Assembly: GCA_051362555.1 (NCBI GenBank)
Contig: CM120643.1
Location: 4,588,001 to 4,652,000 of the forward strand
Direction: 5' to 3'
Source: Lingula anatina
Taxonomy: Eukaryota; Animalia; Brachiopoda
DNA: 64,000 nucleotides
The notes beneath the pieces are model-generated. The model was not told the DNA's origin. It did no database searches and worked only from the letters and a program-made list of their open reading frames with translations. Positions 24,896-38,800 of the stretch are shown one piece after another. Made by a program: the position numbers and the translations under genes. The number at the start of each line of letters is the position of its first letter. Position 1 is the stretch's first letter.

Positions 24896-27800
24896 ATCGT
24901 TTAACTATTTTAAGTCATGAGATTTGCCATTCTTTTCAATGTAATTTTCAGTTTTTTCAGTTATATTATTCTTTTTCCAGAGTACCCTTACCATGAAAAA
25001 GCAGGCAGTGAAAGACAGCACCAAGAGCAGCATTTTGTCTTATCCATGTGTACAATACATGATATGTGGCAAGATTTAGGACATTGTCAAATATTGTGAT
25101 AACAACAACCCATTCCAGAAACCCATTGTAAGGAGTAATCTGCATCTGGCATTGATAGTAAGGAGAAGTCTTGTATGGGTATATATTGTTTTCCAGATAA
25201 TAGTTATAGGTAATTTGCAACCTCTTACACACACAACCTCAAGTCATCACATTTGCTATTTTATTTTATATTCACATTGCAAAATTATAAACATTTAACT
25301 ATTTTAAGCCATGGAATTTGGCAGTGTTTTCAGTGTAATTTTCAGTTTTTTCAAAGATATTGTCCCAAAAAACACTTTTCATTAGACACAGTCATATGAT
25401 CAGCTTATCACAGATTTTTATTGTTGTTAAGCATCATTTGTATAATTTTCAGAAACACTGGACGAGATTTGACAAAATTATTAATGTTTAACTATTTTAA
25501 GTCCTGGAATTTGCCAGTCTTTTCAATGTAAATTTCAGTTTTCCAAAATACTTTGTCCCAAAAAACACTTTTCATTAGATATGGTCAACAGATCATCTTA
25601 TCACAGATTTTTAATGTTGTTAACCAGCATTTGTACAAATTTCAGAAACACTGTACAAGATTTGACAAAATTATTAACGTTTAACTATTTTAAGTCGTGG
25701 GATTTGTCAGTCTTTTCAATGTAAATTTCAGTTTCTCTAAATATATTGTCTCTAAAAGACACTTTTCATTAAACACAGTCATCTGATCAGCTTATCACAG
25801 ATTTTTATTGTTGTTAAGCATCATTTGTACAAATTTCAGAAATATTGGACTAGATTTGACAAAATTATTATCGTTTAACTATTTTAAGTCATGAGATTTG
25901 CCAGTCTTTTCAATGAAATTTTCAGTTTTTTCAGTTATATTGTTCTTTTTCCAGAGTACCCTTACCATGAAAAGGCAGGCAGTGAAAGACAGCATCAAGA
26001 GCAGCAATATGTCTTATCCATGTGTACAATACATGATATGTAACAAGATTTAGGACATTGTCAAATATTGTGATAACAACAACCCATTCCAGAAACCCAT
26101 TGTAAGGAGTAATCTGCATCTGGCATTGATAGTAAGGAGAAGTCTTGTATGGGTATATATTGTTTTCCAGATAACAGTTATAGGTAATTTGCAACCTCTT
26201 ACACACACAACCTCAAGTCATCACATTTGCTATTTTATTTTATATTCACATTGCAAAATTATAAACATTTAACTATTTTAAGCCATGGAATTTGGCAGTG
26301 TTTTCAGTGTAATTTTCAGTTTTTTCAAAGATATTGTCGCAAGAAGATACTTTTTATTAGACACAGTCATTTGATCAGCTTATCACAGATTTTTATTGTT
26401 GTAAAGCATCATTTGTATAATTTTCAGAAACACTGTACAAGATTTGACAAAATCATTAACGTTTAACCATTTTAAGTCATGGAATTGCCAGTCTTTTCAA
26501 TGTAAATTTCAGTTTTCCCAAATCCGTTGTCCCAAAAAACACTTTTCACTAGATGCAGTCAACAGATCATCTAATCACAGATTTTTATTGTTGTTAAGCA
26601 TCATTAGTACAAATTTCAGAAACACTGTACAAGATTTGACAAAATTATTAACGTTTCACCATTTTAAGTCATGGGATTTGCCAGTCTTTTCAATGTAAAT
26701 TTCAGTTTTTCCCCAAATACGTTGTCCCAGAAAACACTTTTCATTAGATACAGTCAACAGATCATCTAATCACAGATTTTTATTGTTGTTAAGCATCATT
26801 TGTACAAATTTCAGAAACACTGTACAAGATTTGACAAAATTATTAACGTTTCACTATTTTCAGTCGTGGGATTTGTCAGTCTTTTCAGTCTAAATTTCAG
26901 TTTCCCCAAATATATTGTCTCTAAAAGACACTTTTCAATAGACACAGTCAACTGATCAGCTTTTTCACAGATTTTTATTGTTGTTAAGCATCATTTGAAC
27001 AAATTTCAGAAATATTGGACAAGATTTGACAAAATTATTAACGTTGAACTATTTTAAGTCGTGGAATTTGGCAGTGTTTTTAGAGTAATTTTCAGTTTTC
27101 TCAAATATGTCATCTGAAGAAAATACTTTTCAATAGATAAAGGCAACTAATCAACTTATCACAGATTTTTATTGTTGTTAAGCATCATTTTTACAAATTT
27201 CAGAAATATTGGACTAGATTTGACAAAATTATTATCGTTTAACTATTTTAAGTCATGAAATTTGCCAGTCTTTTCAATGATATTTTCAGTTTTTTCAGTT
27301 ATATTGTTCTTTTTCCAGAGTACCCTTACCATGGAAAAGCAGGTAGTGAAAGACAGCACCAAGAGCAGCATTTTGTCTTATCCATGTGTACAATACATGA
27401 TATGTGGCAAGATTTAGGACATTGTCAAATATTGTGATAACAACAACCCATTCCAGAAACCCATTGTAAGGAGTAATCTGCTTCTGGCATTGATAGTAAG
27501 GAGAAGTCTTGTATGGGTATATATTGTTTTCCAGATAACAGTTATGGGTAATTTGCAACCTCTTACACAAACAACCTCAAATCATCACATTTTCAATTTA
27601 ATTTATAATCACATTGCAAAATTATAAACATTTAACTATTTTAAGCCATGGAATTTGCCATTGTTTTCAGTGTAATTTACAATTTTTTCAAAGATATTGT
27701 CCCAAAAAACACTTTTCATTAGACACAGTCATATGATCAGCTTATCACAGATTTTTATTGTTGTTAAGCATCATTTGTATAATTTTCAGAAACACTGGAC

Positions 27801-30800
27801 GAGATTTGACAAAATTATTAATGTTTAACTATTTTAAGTCCTGGAATTTGCCAGTCTTTTCAATGTAAATTTCAGTTTTCCAAAATACTTTGTCCCAAAA
27901 AACACTTTTCATTAGATATGGTCAACAGATCATCTTATCACAGATTTTTAATGTTGTTAACCAGCATTTGTACAAATTTCAGAAACACTGTACAAGATTT
28001 GACAAAATTATTAACGTTTAACTATTTTAAGTCGTGGGATTTGTCAGTCTTTTCAATGTAAATTTCAGTTTCTCTAAATATATTGTCTCTAAAAGACACT
28101 TTTCATTAAACACAGTCATCTGATCAGCTTATCACAGATTTTTATTGTTGTTAAGCATCATTTGTACAAATTTCAGAAATATTGGACTAGATTTGACAAA
28201 ATTATTATCGTTTAACTATTTTAAGTCATGAGATTTGCCAGTCTTTTCAATGAAATTTTCAGTTTTTTCAGTTATATTGTTCTTTTTCCAGAGTACCCTT
28301 ACCATGAAAAGGCAGGCAGTGAAAGACAGCATCAAGAGCAGCAATATGTCTTATCCATGTGTACAATACATGATATGTAACAAGATTTAGGACATTGTCA
28401 AATATTGTGATAACAACAACCCATTCCAGAAACCCATTGTAAGGAGTAATCTGCATCTGGCATTGATAGTAAGGAGAAGTCTTGTATGGGTATATATCGT
28501 TTTCCAGATAACAGTTATAGGTAATTTGCAACCTCTTACACACACAACCTCAAGTCATCACATTTGCTATTTTATTTTATATTCACATTGCAAAATTATA
28601 AACATTTAACTATTTTAAGCCATGGAATTTGGCAGTGTTTTCAGTGTAATTTTCAGTTTTTTCAAAGATATTGTCGCAAGAAGATACTTTTTATTAGACA
28701 CAGTCATTTGATCAGCTTATCACAGATTTTTATTGTTGTAAAGCATCATTTGTATAATTTTCAGAAACACTGTACAAGATTTGACAAAATTATTAACGTT
28801 TAACCATTTTAAGTCATGGAATTGCCAGTCTTTTCAATGTAAATTTCAGTTTTCCCAAATCCGTTGTCCCAAAAAACACTTTTCACTAGATGCAGTCAAC
28901 AGATCATCTAATCACAGATTTTTATTGTTGTTAAGCATCATTTGTACAAATTTCAGAAACACTGTACAAGATTTGACAAAATTATTAACTTTTAACTATT
29001 TTCAGTCGTGGGATTTGTCAGTCTTTTCAATGTAAATTTCAGTTTCCCCAAATATATTGTCTCTAAAAGACACTTTTCAATAGACACAGTCAACTGATCA
29101 GCTTATCACAGATTTTTATTGTTGTTAAGCATCATTTGTAAAAATTTCAGAAATATTGGACAAGATTTGACAAAATTATTAACGTTTAACTATTTTAAGT
29201 CGTGGGATTTGTCAGTCTTTTCAATGTAAATTTCAGTTTCCCCAAATATATTGTCTCTAAAAGACACTTTTCATTAAACACAGTCAACTGAGCATCTTAT
29301 CACAGATTTCTATTGTTGTTAAGCATCATTTGTACAAATTTCAGAAATATTGGACTAGATTTGACAAAATTATTATCGTTTAACTATTTTAAGTCATGAG
29401 ATTTGCCATTCTTTTCAATGTAATTTTCAGTTTTTTCAGTTATATTATTCTTTTTCCAGAGTACCCTTACCATGAAAAAGCAGGCAGTGAAAGACAGCAC
29501 CAAGAGCAGCATTTTGTCTTATCCATGTGTACAATACATGATATGTGGCAAGATTTAGGACATTGTCAAATATTGTGATAACAACAACCCATTCCAGAAA
29601 CCCATTGTAAGGAGTAATCTGCATCTGTCATTGATAGTAAGGAGAAGTCTTGTATGGGTATATATTGTTTTCCAGATAATAGTTATAGGTAATTTGCAAC
29701 CTCTTACACACACAACCTCAAGTCATCACATTTGCTATTTTATTTTATATTCACATTGCAAAATTATAAACATTTAACTATTTTAAGCCATGGAATTTGG
29801 CAGTGTTTTCAGTGTAATTTTCAGTTTTTTCAAAGATATTGTCGCAAGAAGATACTTTTTATTAGACACAGTCATTTGATCAGCTTATCACAGATTTTTA
29901 TTGTTGTAAAGCATCATTTGTATAATTTTCAGAAACACTGTACAAGATTTGACAAAATTATTAACGTTTAACCATTTTAAGTCATGGAATTGCCAGTCTT
30001 TTCAATGTAAATTTCAGTTTTCCCAAATCCGTTGTCCCAAAAAACACTTTTCACTAGATGCAGTCAACAGATCATCTAATCACAGATTTTTATTGTTGTT
30101 AAGCATCATTAGTACAAATTTCAGAAACACTGTACAAGATTTGACAAAATTATTAACGTTTCACCATTTTAAGTCATGGGATTTGCCAGTCTTTTCAATG
30201 TAAATTTCAGTTTTTCCCCAAATACGTTGTCCCAGAAAACACTTTTCATTAGATACAGTCAACAGATCATCTAATCACAGATTTTTATTGTTGTTAAGCA
30301 TCATTTGTACAAATTTCAGAAACACTGTACAAGATTTGACAAAATTATTAACGTTTCACTATTTTCAGTTGTGGGATTTGTCAGTCTTTTCAGTCTAAAT
30401 TTCAGTTTCCCCAAATATATTGTCTCTAAAAGACACTTTTCAATAGACACAGTCAACTGATCAGCTTTTTCACAGATTTTTATTGTTGTTAAGCATCATT
30501 TGAACAAATTTCAGAAATATTGGACAAGATTTGACAAAATTATTAACGTTTAACTATTTTAAGTCGTGGAATTTGGCAGTGTTTTTAGAGTAATTTTCAG
30601 TTTTCTCAAATATGTCATCTGAAGAAAATACTTTTCAATAGATAAAGGCAACTAATCAACTTATCACAGATTTTTATTGTTGTTAAGCATCATTTGTACA
30701 AATTTCAGAAATATTGGACTAGATTTGACAAAATTATTATCGTTTAACTATTTTAAGTCATGAGATTTGCCAGTCTTTTCAATGAAATTTTCAGTTTTTT

Positions 30801-33790
30801 CAGTTATATTGTTCTTTTTCCAGAGTACCCTTACCATGGAAAAGCAGGTAGTGAAAGACAGCACCAAGAGCAGCACTATGTCTTATCCATGTGTACAATA
30901 CATGATATGTGGCAAGATTTAGGACATTGTCAAATATTGTGATAACAACAACCCATTCCAGAAACCCATTGTAAGGAGTAATCTGCTTCTGGCATTGATA
31001 GTAAGGAGAAGTCTTGTATGGGTATATATTGTTTTCCAGATAACAGTTATGGGTAATTTGCAACCTCTTACACAAACAACCTCAAATCATCACATTTTCA
31101 ATTTAATTTATAATCACATTGCAAAATTATAAACATTTAACTATTTTAAGCCATGGAATTTGCCATTGTTTTCAGTGTAATTTACAATTTTTTCAAAGAT
31201 ATTGTCCCAAAAAACACTTTTCATTAGACACAGTCATATGATCAGCTTATCACAGATTTTTATTGTTGTTAAGCATCATTTGTATAATTTTCAGAAACAC
31301 TGGACGAGATTTGACAAAATTATTAATGTTTAACTATTTTAAGTCCTGGAATTTGCCAATCTTTTCAATGTAAATTTCAGTTTTCCAAAATACTTTGTCC
31401 CAAAAAACACTTTTCATTAGATATGGTCAACAGATCATCTTATCACAGATTTTTAATGTTGTTAACCAGCATTTGTACAAATTTCAGAAACACTGTACAA
31501 GATTTGACAAAATTATTAACGTTTAACTATTTTAAGTCGTGGGATTTGTCAGTCTTTTCAATGTAAATTTCAGTTTCTCTAAATATATTGTCTCTAAAAG
31601 ACACTTTTCATTAAACACAGTCATCTGATCAGCTTATCACAGATTTTTATTGTTGTTAAGCATCATTTGTACAAATTTCAGAAATATTGGACTAGATTTG
31701 ACAAAATTATTATCGTTTAACTATTTTAAGTCATGAGATTTGCCAGTCTTTTCAATGAAATTTTCAGTTTTTTCAGTTATATTGTTCTTTTTCCAGAGTA
31801 CCCTTACCATGAAAAGGCAGGCAGTGAAAGACAGCATCAAGAGCAGCAATATGTCTTATCCATGTGTACAATACATGATATGTAACAAGATTTAGGACAT
31901 TGTCAAATATTGTGATAACAACAACCCATTCCAGAAACCCATTGTAAGGAGTAATCTGCATCTGGCATTGATAGTAAGGAGAAGTCTTGTATGGGTATAT
32001 ATCGTTTTCCAGATAACAGTTATAGGTAATTTGCAACCTCTTACACACACAACCTCAAGTCATCACATTTGCTATTTTATTTTATATTCACATTGCAAAA
32101 TTATAAACATTTAACTATTTTAAGCCATGGAATTTGGCAGTGTTTTCAGTGTAATTTTCAGTTTTTTCAAAGATATTGTCGCAAGAAGATACTTTTTATT
32201 AGACACAGTCATTTGATCAGCTTATCACAGATTTTTATTGTTGTAAAGCATCATTTGTATAATTTTCAGAAACACTGTACAAGATTTGACAAAATCATTA
32301 ACGTTTAACCATTTTAAGTCATGGAATTGCCAGTCTTTTCAATGTAAATTTCAGTTTTCCCAAATCCGTTGTCCCAAAAAACACTTTTCACTAGATGCAG
32401 TCAACAGATCATCTAATCACAGATTTTTATTGTTGTTAAGCATCATTAGTACAAATTTCAGAAACACTGTACAAGATTTGACAAAATTATTAACGTTTCA
32501 CCATTTTAAGTCATGGGATTTGCCAGTCTTTTCAATGTAAATTTCAGTTTTTCCCCAAATACGTTGTCCCAGAAAACACTTTTCATTAGATACAGTCAAC
32601 AGATCATCTAATCACAGATTTTTATTGTTGTTAAGCATCATTTGTACAAATTTCAGAAACACTGTACAAGATTTGACAAAATTATTAACGTTTCACTATT
32701 TTCAGTCGTGGGATTTGTCAGTCTTTTCAGTCTAAATTTCAGTTTCCCCAAATATATTGTCTCTAAAAGACACTTTTCAATAGACACAGTCAACTGATCA
32801 GCTTTTTCACAGATTTTTATTGTTGTTAAGCATCATTTGAACAAATTTCAGAAATATTGGACAAGATTTGACAAAATTATTAACGTTTAACTATTTTAAG
32901 TCGTGGAATTTGGCAGTGTTTTTAGAGTAATTTTCAGTTTTCTCAAATATGTCATCTGAAGAAAATACTTTTCAATAGATAAAGGCAACTAATCAACTTA
33001 TCACAGATTTTTATTGTTGTTAAGCATCATTTTTACAAATTTCAGAAATATTGGACTAGATTTGACAAAATTATTATCGTTTAACTATTTTAAGTCATGA
33101 GATTTGCCAGTCTTTTCAATGATATTTTCAGTTTTTTCAGTTATATTGTTCTTTTTCCAGAGTACCCTTACCATGGAAAAGCAGGTAGTGAAAGACAGCA
33201 CCAAGAGCAGCATTTTGTCTTATCCATGTGTACAATACATGATATGTGGCAAGATTTAGGACATTGTCAAATATTGTGATAACAACAACCCATTCCAGAA
33301 ACCCATTGTAAGGAGTAATCTGCTTCTGGCATTGATAGTAAGGAGAAGTCTTGTATGGGTATATATTGTTTTCCAGATAACAGTTATGGGTAATTTGCAA
33401 CCTCTTACACACACAACCTCAAGTCATCACATTTGCTATTTTATTTTATATTCACATTGCAAAATTATAAACATTTAACTATTTTAAGCCATGGAATTTG
33501 GCAGTGTTTTCAGTGTAATTTTCAGTTTTTTCAAAGATATTGTCGCAAGAAGATACTTTTTATTAGACACAGTCATTTGATCAGCTTATCACAGATTTTT
33601 ATTGTTGTAAAGCATCATTTGTATAATTTTCAGAAACACTGTACAAGATTTGACAAAATTATTAACGTTTAACCATTTTAAGTCATGGAATTGCCAGTCT
33701 TTTCAATGTAAATTTCAGTTTTCCCAAATCCGTTGTCCCAAAAAACACTTTTCACTAGATGCAGTCAACAGATCATCTAATCACAGATTT

Positions 33791-35812
33791 TTATGTACAG
33801 ACACAGATGTGTCTGTACATATTGCCATCACCTGTGTCTGTCGTCGCCGTCGCCGATCATGTCGCCGTCGCCGTCGCCGTGCACTTTCAGCGTTAACACC
33901 ATAAGTGGAAGACAGTTTTACTTTTTGGCTTTATATTTACAGAGCTGATGAATATTCATAAAACACAGGTCAAGTTCGAAAATCAGCATGATCGGGCCAT
34001 TATTGTAGAATTTATGCTGTTTTTTCACTTTTCAGCATATATGCAACACTGTTAACACATTTCAAGGAAAACCCATAGGCCTGTTGTCATGAAACTCACA
34101 GGAGTAATCAATCTTACTAAAACGCAGGTCAAGTTCGAAAATCTGCATGATCGGACCATTATTTTAGTAGTTATGCTGTTTTTTCACATTTCCTCAGATT
34201 CAATTTTTAGGCATGTTAACAGTCTCATTATTTAATTAATAAGATACGTAAAAGTGTTTGTTTGACATTTCCTGCATCTTTACAACATTGTTAGTTGATT
34301 ACATAAAAATGATGGTAAACTTGTAATCGTGTATTGTGTAATAAGGTGTCAAAAATGGAAATAAACTCATGTCATTGCAGTTTGTAAGATTCAATCATTC
34401 CCTATGTTCAGAAACTCAGAATGGAGAAAATTGGACATTTGACACTGTTCTATTGCTATTTTTCACATCTCATCAATTTTCTTAGTTGATCATATAAAAA
34501 TGGCAGTAAACTGTTAATTTTGTTTTATGTTAAAAAAGTGTTAAAAATGGAAATAAACCCATTTCAGAATAGTGCTGTCTTGTTTCACATTTCCTCAGAT
34601 TCAATTTTTAGGCATGTTAACAGTCTCATTATTTAATTAATAAGATAAGTAAAAGTGTTTGTTTGACATTTCCTGTATCTTTACAACATTGTTAGTTGAT
34701 TTTGTAAAAATGATGGTAAACTTGTTATCATGTATTGTGTAATAAAGTTTCAAAAATGGAAATAAACTCATATCATTGCAGTTTGTAAGATTCAATCATT
34801 CACTATGTTCAGAAACTCAGAATGGAGGAAATTGGACATTTGACACCGTTTTATTGATATTTTTCACATCTCATCAATTTTCTTAGTTGATCATATAAAA
34901 ATGGCAGTAAACTGTTAAAATGGAAAAAAAAAACATTTCAGAACAGTGCTGTCTTGTTTACATTTTGGCATTTTCAAGTTGTGACTTTGAAGTTCCATGG
35001 GCCTGAAAACCTTTGCTAGTCACATTTTCTGAATATCCATAATACTAATATTTTATTATTAAAAATTGATGGTCATTATGCTGTTAAACATTATGTAATA
35101 TTGCATCAAAATTTGGAAAAAAATATTTTAGGCACTGCTCCCGTGATGACCATTTAAGAAAAATCATGTCACTTACTGTTCTCAAACTTACAGGAAAGAA
35201 ACATGGGACTAAAATACAGCTTCAGTAGGCAATGCAGTCTGCTTGGTAATTCTTTCTGCTAGTTAAACAGTTTTTTTTTTGTAAAAATTTAATTTTTCAC
35301 ATATTGGCATTTTCAAGGTGTGACTTTGAAGTTCCATGGGCTTGAAGACCCATGCTAGTCACATTTTCCGAAAATCCATGATACGTATATTTTATTATTA
35401 AAAATTGACGGTCATTATGCTGTTAACCACTATGTAATATTGCATCAGAATAGAAGAAAACACAATTTTGGGTGCTGCTGCCATGATGACCATTATGGGA
35501 AAACCATGTTACTGATGATTGCCAAACGTTCAGAAAAGAAATACAGGACTAAAATGCAGCCTGAGTTGGAAAAGCAGTCTAATTGGCTTCTTTTTCTGGA
35601 AGTTATACATTTTCAAAGTGTGAACTTGAACTCCCATGGTCCTGAAGCCTTATGCTTGGACACATTTTACTTACCTGTTGAGCATAATTAAAATTTGATG
35701 TTGAATTTGCAGTTTAACATAATGTACTTTTGCATCAGAATTGACAGTAGCCTATTTTGGGCATAGTTATTTCCTGCTTTTTGTCTGTACATTTGACAGC
35801 TTTGCTGCCTTG
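33791..35812 (+). mobile_element. Non-autonomous Helentron-associated element (HINE/DINE-1-like), 2022 bp, inserted in a T-run of a monomer
   Basis: 5' 14-bp palindrome tatgtacagacaca-ga-tgtgtctgtacata (33792-33821); (GTCGCC)n microsatellite; internal tandem repeats with periods ~159, ~401 and ~339; 3' subterminal tgtctgtacat (35782-35792) plus hairpin gacagc-ttt-gctgcc. The host monomer resumes in register; spacing excess 2833-811=2022. Confidence 0.9.
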
Positions 35813-35879
35813 TTATTGTTGTTAAGCATCATTAGTACAAATTTCAGAAACACTGTACAAGATTTGACAAAATTATTAA

Positions 35880-38800
35880 CATTTCACCATTTTAAGTCAT
35901 GGGATTTGCCAGTCTTTTCAATGTAAATTTCAGTTTTTCCCCAAATACGTTGTCCCAGAAAACACTTTTCATTAGATACAGTCAACAGATCATCTAATCA
36001 CAGATTTTTATTGTTGTTAAGCATCATTTGTACAAATTTCAGAAACACTGTACAAGATTTGACAAAATTATTAACGTTTCACTATTTTCAGTCGTGGGAT
36101 TTGTCAATCTTTTCAGTCTAAATTTCAGTTTCCCCAAATATATTGTCTCTAAAAGACACTTTTCAATAGACACAGTCAACTGATCAGCTTTTTCACAGAT
36201 TTTTATTGTTGTTAAGCATCATTTGAACAAATTTCAGAAATATTGGACAAGATTTGACAAAATTATTAACGTTGAACTATTTTAAGTCGTGGAATTTGGC
36301 AGTGTTTTTAGAGTAATTTTCAGTTTTCTCAAATATGTCATCTGAAGAAAATACTTTTCAATAGATAAAGGCAACTAATCAACTTATCACAGATTTTTAT
36401 TGTTGTTAAGCATCATTTGTACAAATTTCAGAAATATTGGACTAGATTTGACAAAATTATTATCGTTTAACTATTTTAAGTCATGAGATTTGCCAGTCTT
36501 TTCAATGAAATTTTCAGTTTTTTCAGTTATATTGTTCTTTTTCCAGAGTACCCTTACCATGGAAAAGCAGGTAGTGAAAGACAGCACCAAGAGCAGCACT
36601 ATGTCTTATCCATGTGTACAATACATGATATGTGGCAAGATTTAGGACATTGTCAAATATTGTGATAACAACAACCCATTCCAGAAACCCATTGTAAGGA
36701 GTAATCTGCTTCTGGCATTGATAGTAAGGAGAAGTCTTGTATGGGTATATATTGTTTTCCAGATAACAGTTATGGGTAATTTGCAACCTCTTACACAAAC
36801 AACCTCAAATCATCACATTTTCAATTTAATTTATAATCACATTGCAAAATTATAAACATTTAACTATTTTAAGCCATGGAATTTGCCATTGTTTTCAGTG
36901 TAATTTACAATTTTTTCAAAGATATTGTCCCAAAAAACACTTTTCATTAGACACAGTCATATGATCAGCTTATCACAGATTTTTATTGTTGTTAAGCATC
37001 ATTTGTATAATTTTCAGAAACACTGGACGAGATTTGACAAAATTATTAATGTTTAACTATTTTAAGTCCTGGAATTTGCCAGTCTTTTCAATGTAAATTT
37101 CAGTTTTCCAAAATACTTTGTCCCAAAAAACACTTTTCATTAGATATGGTCAACAGATCATCTTATCACAGATTTTTAATGTTGTTAACCAGCATTTGTA
37201 CAAATTTCAGAAACACTGTACAAGATTTGACAAAATTATTAACGTTTAACTATTTTAAGTCGTGGGATTTGTCAGTCTTTTCAATGTAAATTTCAGTTTC
37301 TCTAAATATATTGTCTCTAAAAGACACTTTTCATTAAACACAGTCATCTGATCAGCTTATCACAGATTTTTATTGTTGTTAAGCATCATTTGTACAAATT
37401 TCAGAAATATTGGACAAGATTTGACAAAATTATTATCGTTTAACTATTTTAAGTCATGAGATTTGCCAGTCTTTTCAATGAAATTTTCAGTTTTTTCAGT
37501 TATATTGTTCTTTTTCCAGAGTACCCTTACCATGAAAAGGCAGGCAGTGAAAGACAGCATCAAGAGCAGCAATATGTCTTATCCATGTGTACAATACATG
37601 ATATGTAACAAGATTTAGGACATTGTCAAATATTGTGATAACAACAACCCATTCCAGAAACCCATTGTAAGGAGTAATCTGCATCTGGCATTGATAGTAA
37701 GGAGAAGTCTTGTATGGGTATATATCGTTTTCCAGATAACAGTTATAGGTAATTTGCAACCTCTTACACACACAACCTCAAGTCATCACATTTGCTATTT
37801 TATTTTATATTCACATTGCAAAATTATAAACATTTAACTATTTTAAGCCATGGAATTTGGCAGTGTTTTCAGTGTAATTTTCAGTTTTTTCAAAGATATT
37901 GTCGCAAGAAGATACTTTTTATTAGACACAGTCATTTGATCAGCTTATCACAGATTTTTATTGTTGTAAAGCATCATTTGTATAATTTTCAGAAACACTG
38001 TACAAGATTTGACAAAATCATTAACGTTTAACCATTTTAAGTCATGGAATTGCCAGTCTTTTCAATGTAAATTTCAGTTTTCCCAAATCCGTTGTCCCAA
38101 AAAACACTTTTCACTAGATGCAGTCAACAGATCATCTAATCACAGATTTTTATTGTTGTTAAGCATCATTAGTACAAATTTCAGAAACACTGTACAAGAT
38201 TTGACAAAATTATTAACGTTTCACCATTTTAAGTCATGGGATTTGCCAGTCTTTTCAATGTAAATTTCAGTTTTTCCCCAAATACGTTGTCCCAGAAAAC
38301 ACTTTTCATTAGATACAGTCAACAGATCATCTAATCACAGATTTTTATTGTTGTTAAGCATCATTTGTACAAATTTCAGAAACACTGTACAAGATTTGAC
38401 AAAATTATTAACGTTTCACTATTTTCAGTCGTGGGATTTGTCAGTCTTTTCAGTCTAAATTTCAGTTTCCCCAAATATATTGTCTCTAAAAGACACTTTT
38501 CAATAGACACAGTCAACTGATCAGCTTTTTCACAGATTTTTATTGTTGTTAAGCATCATTTGAACAAATTTCAGAAATATTGGACAAGATTTGACAAAAT
38601 TATTAACGTTGAACTATTTTAAGTCGTGGAATTTGGCAGTGTTTTTAGAGTAATTTTCAGTTTTCTCAAATATGTCATCTGAAGAAAATACTTTTCAATA
38701 GATAAAGGCAACTAATCAACTTATCACAGATTTTTATTGTTGTTAAGCATCATTTGTACAAATTTCAGAAATATTGGACTAGATTTGACAAAATTATTAT

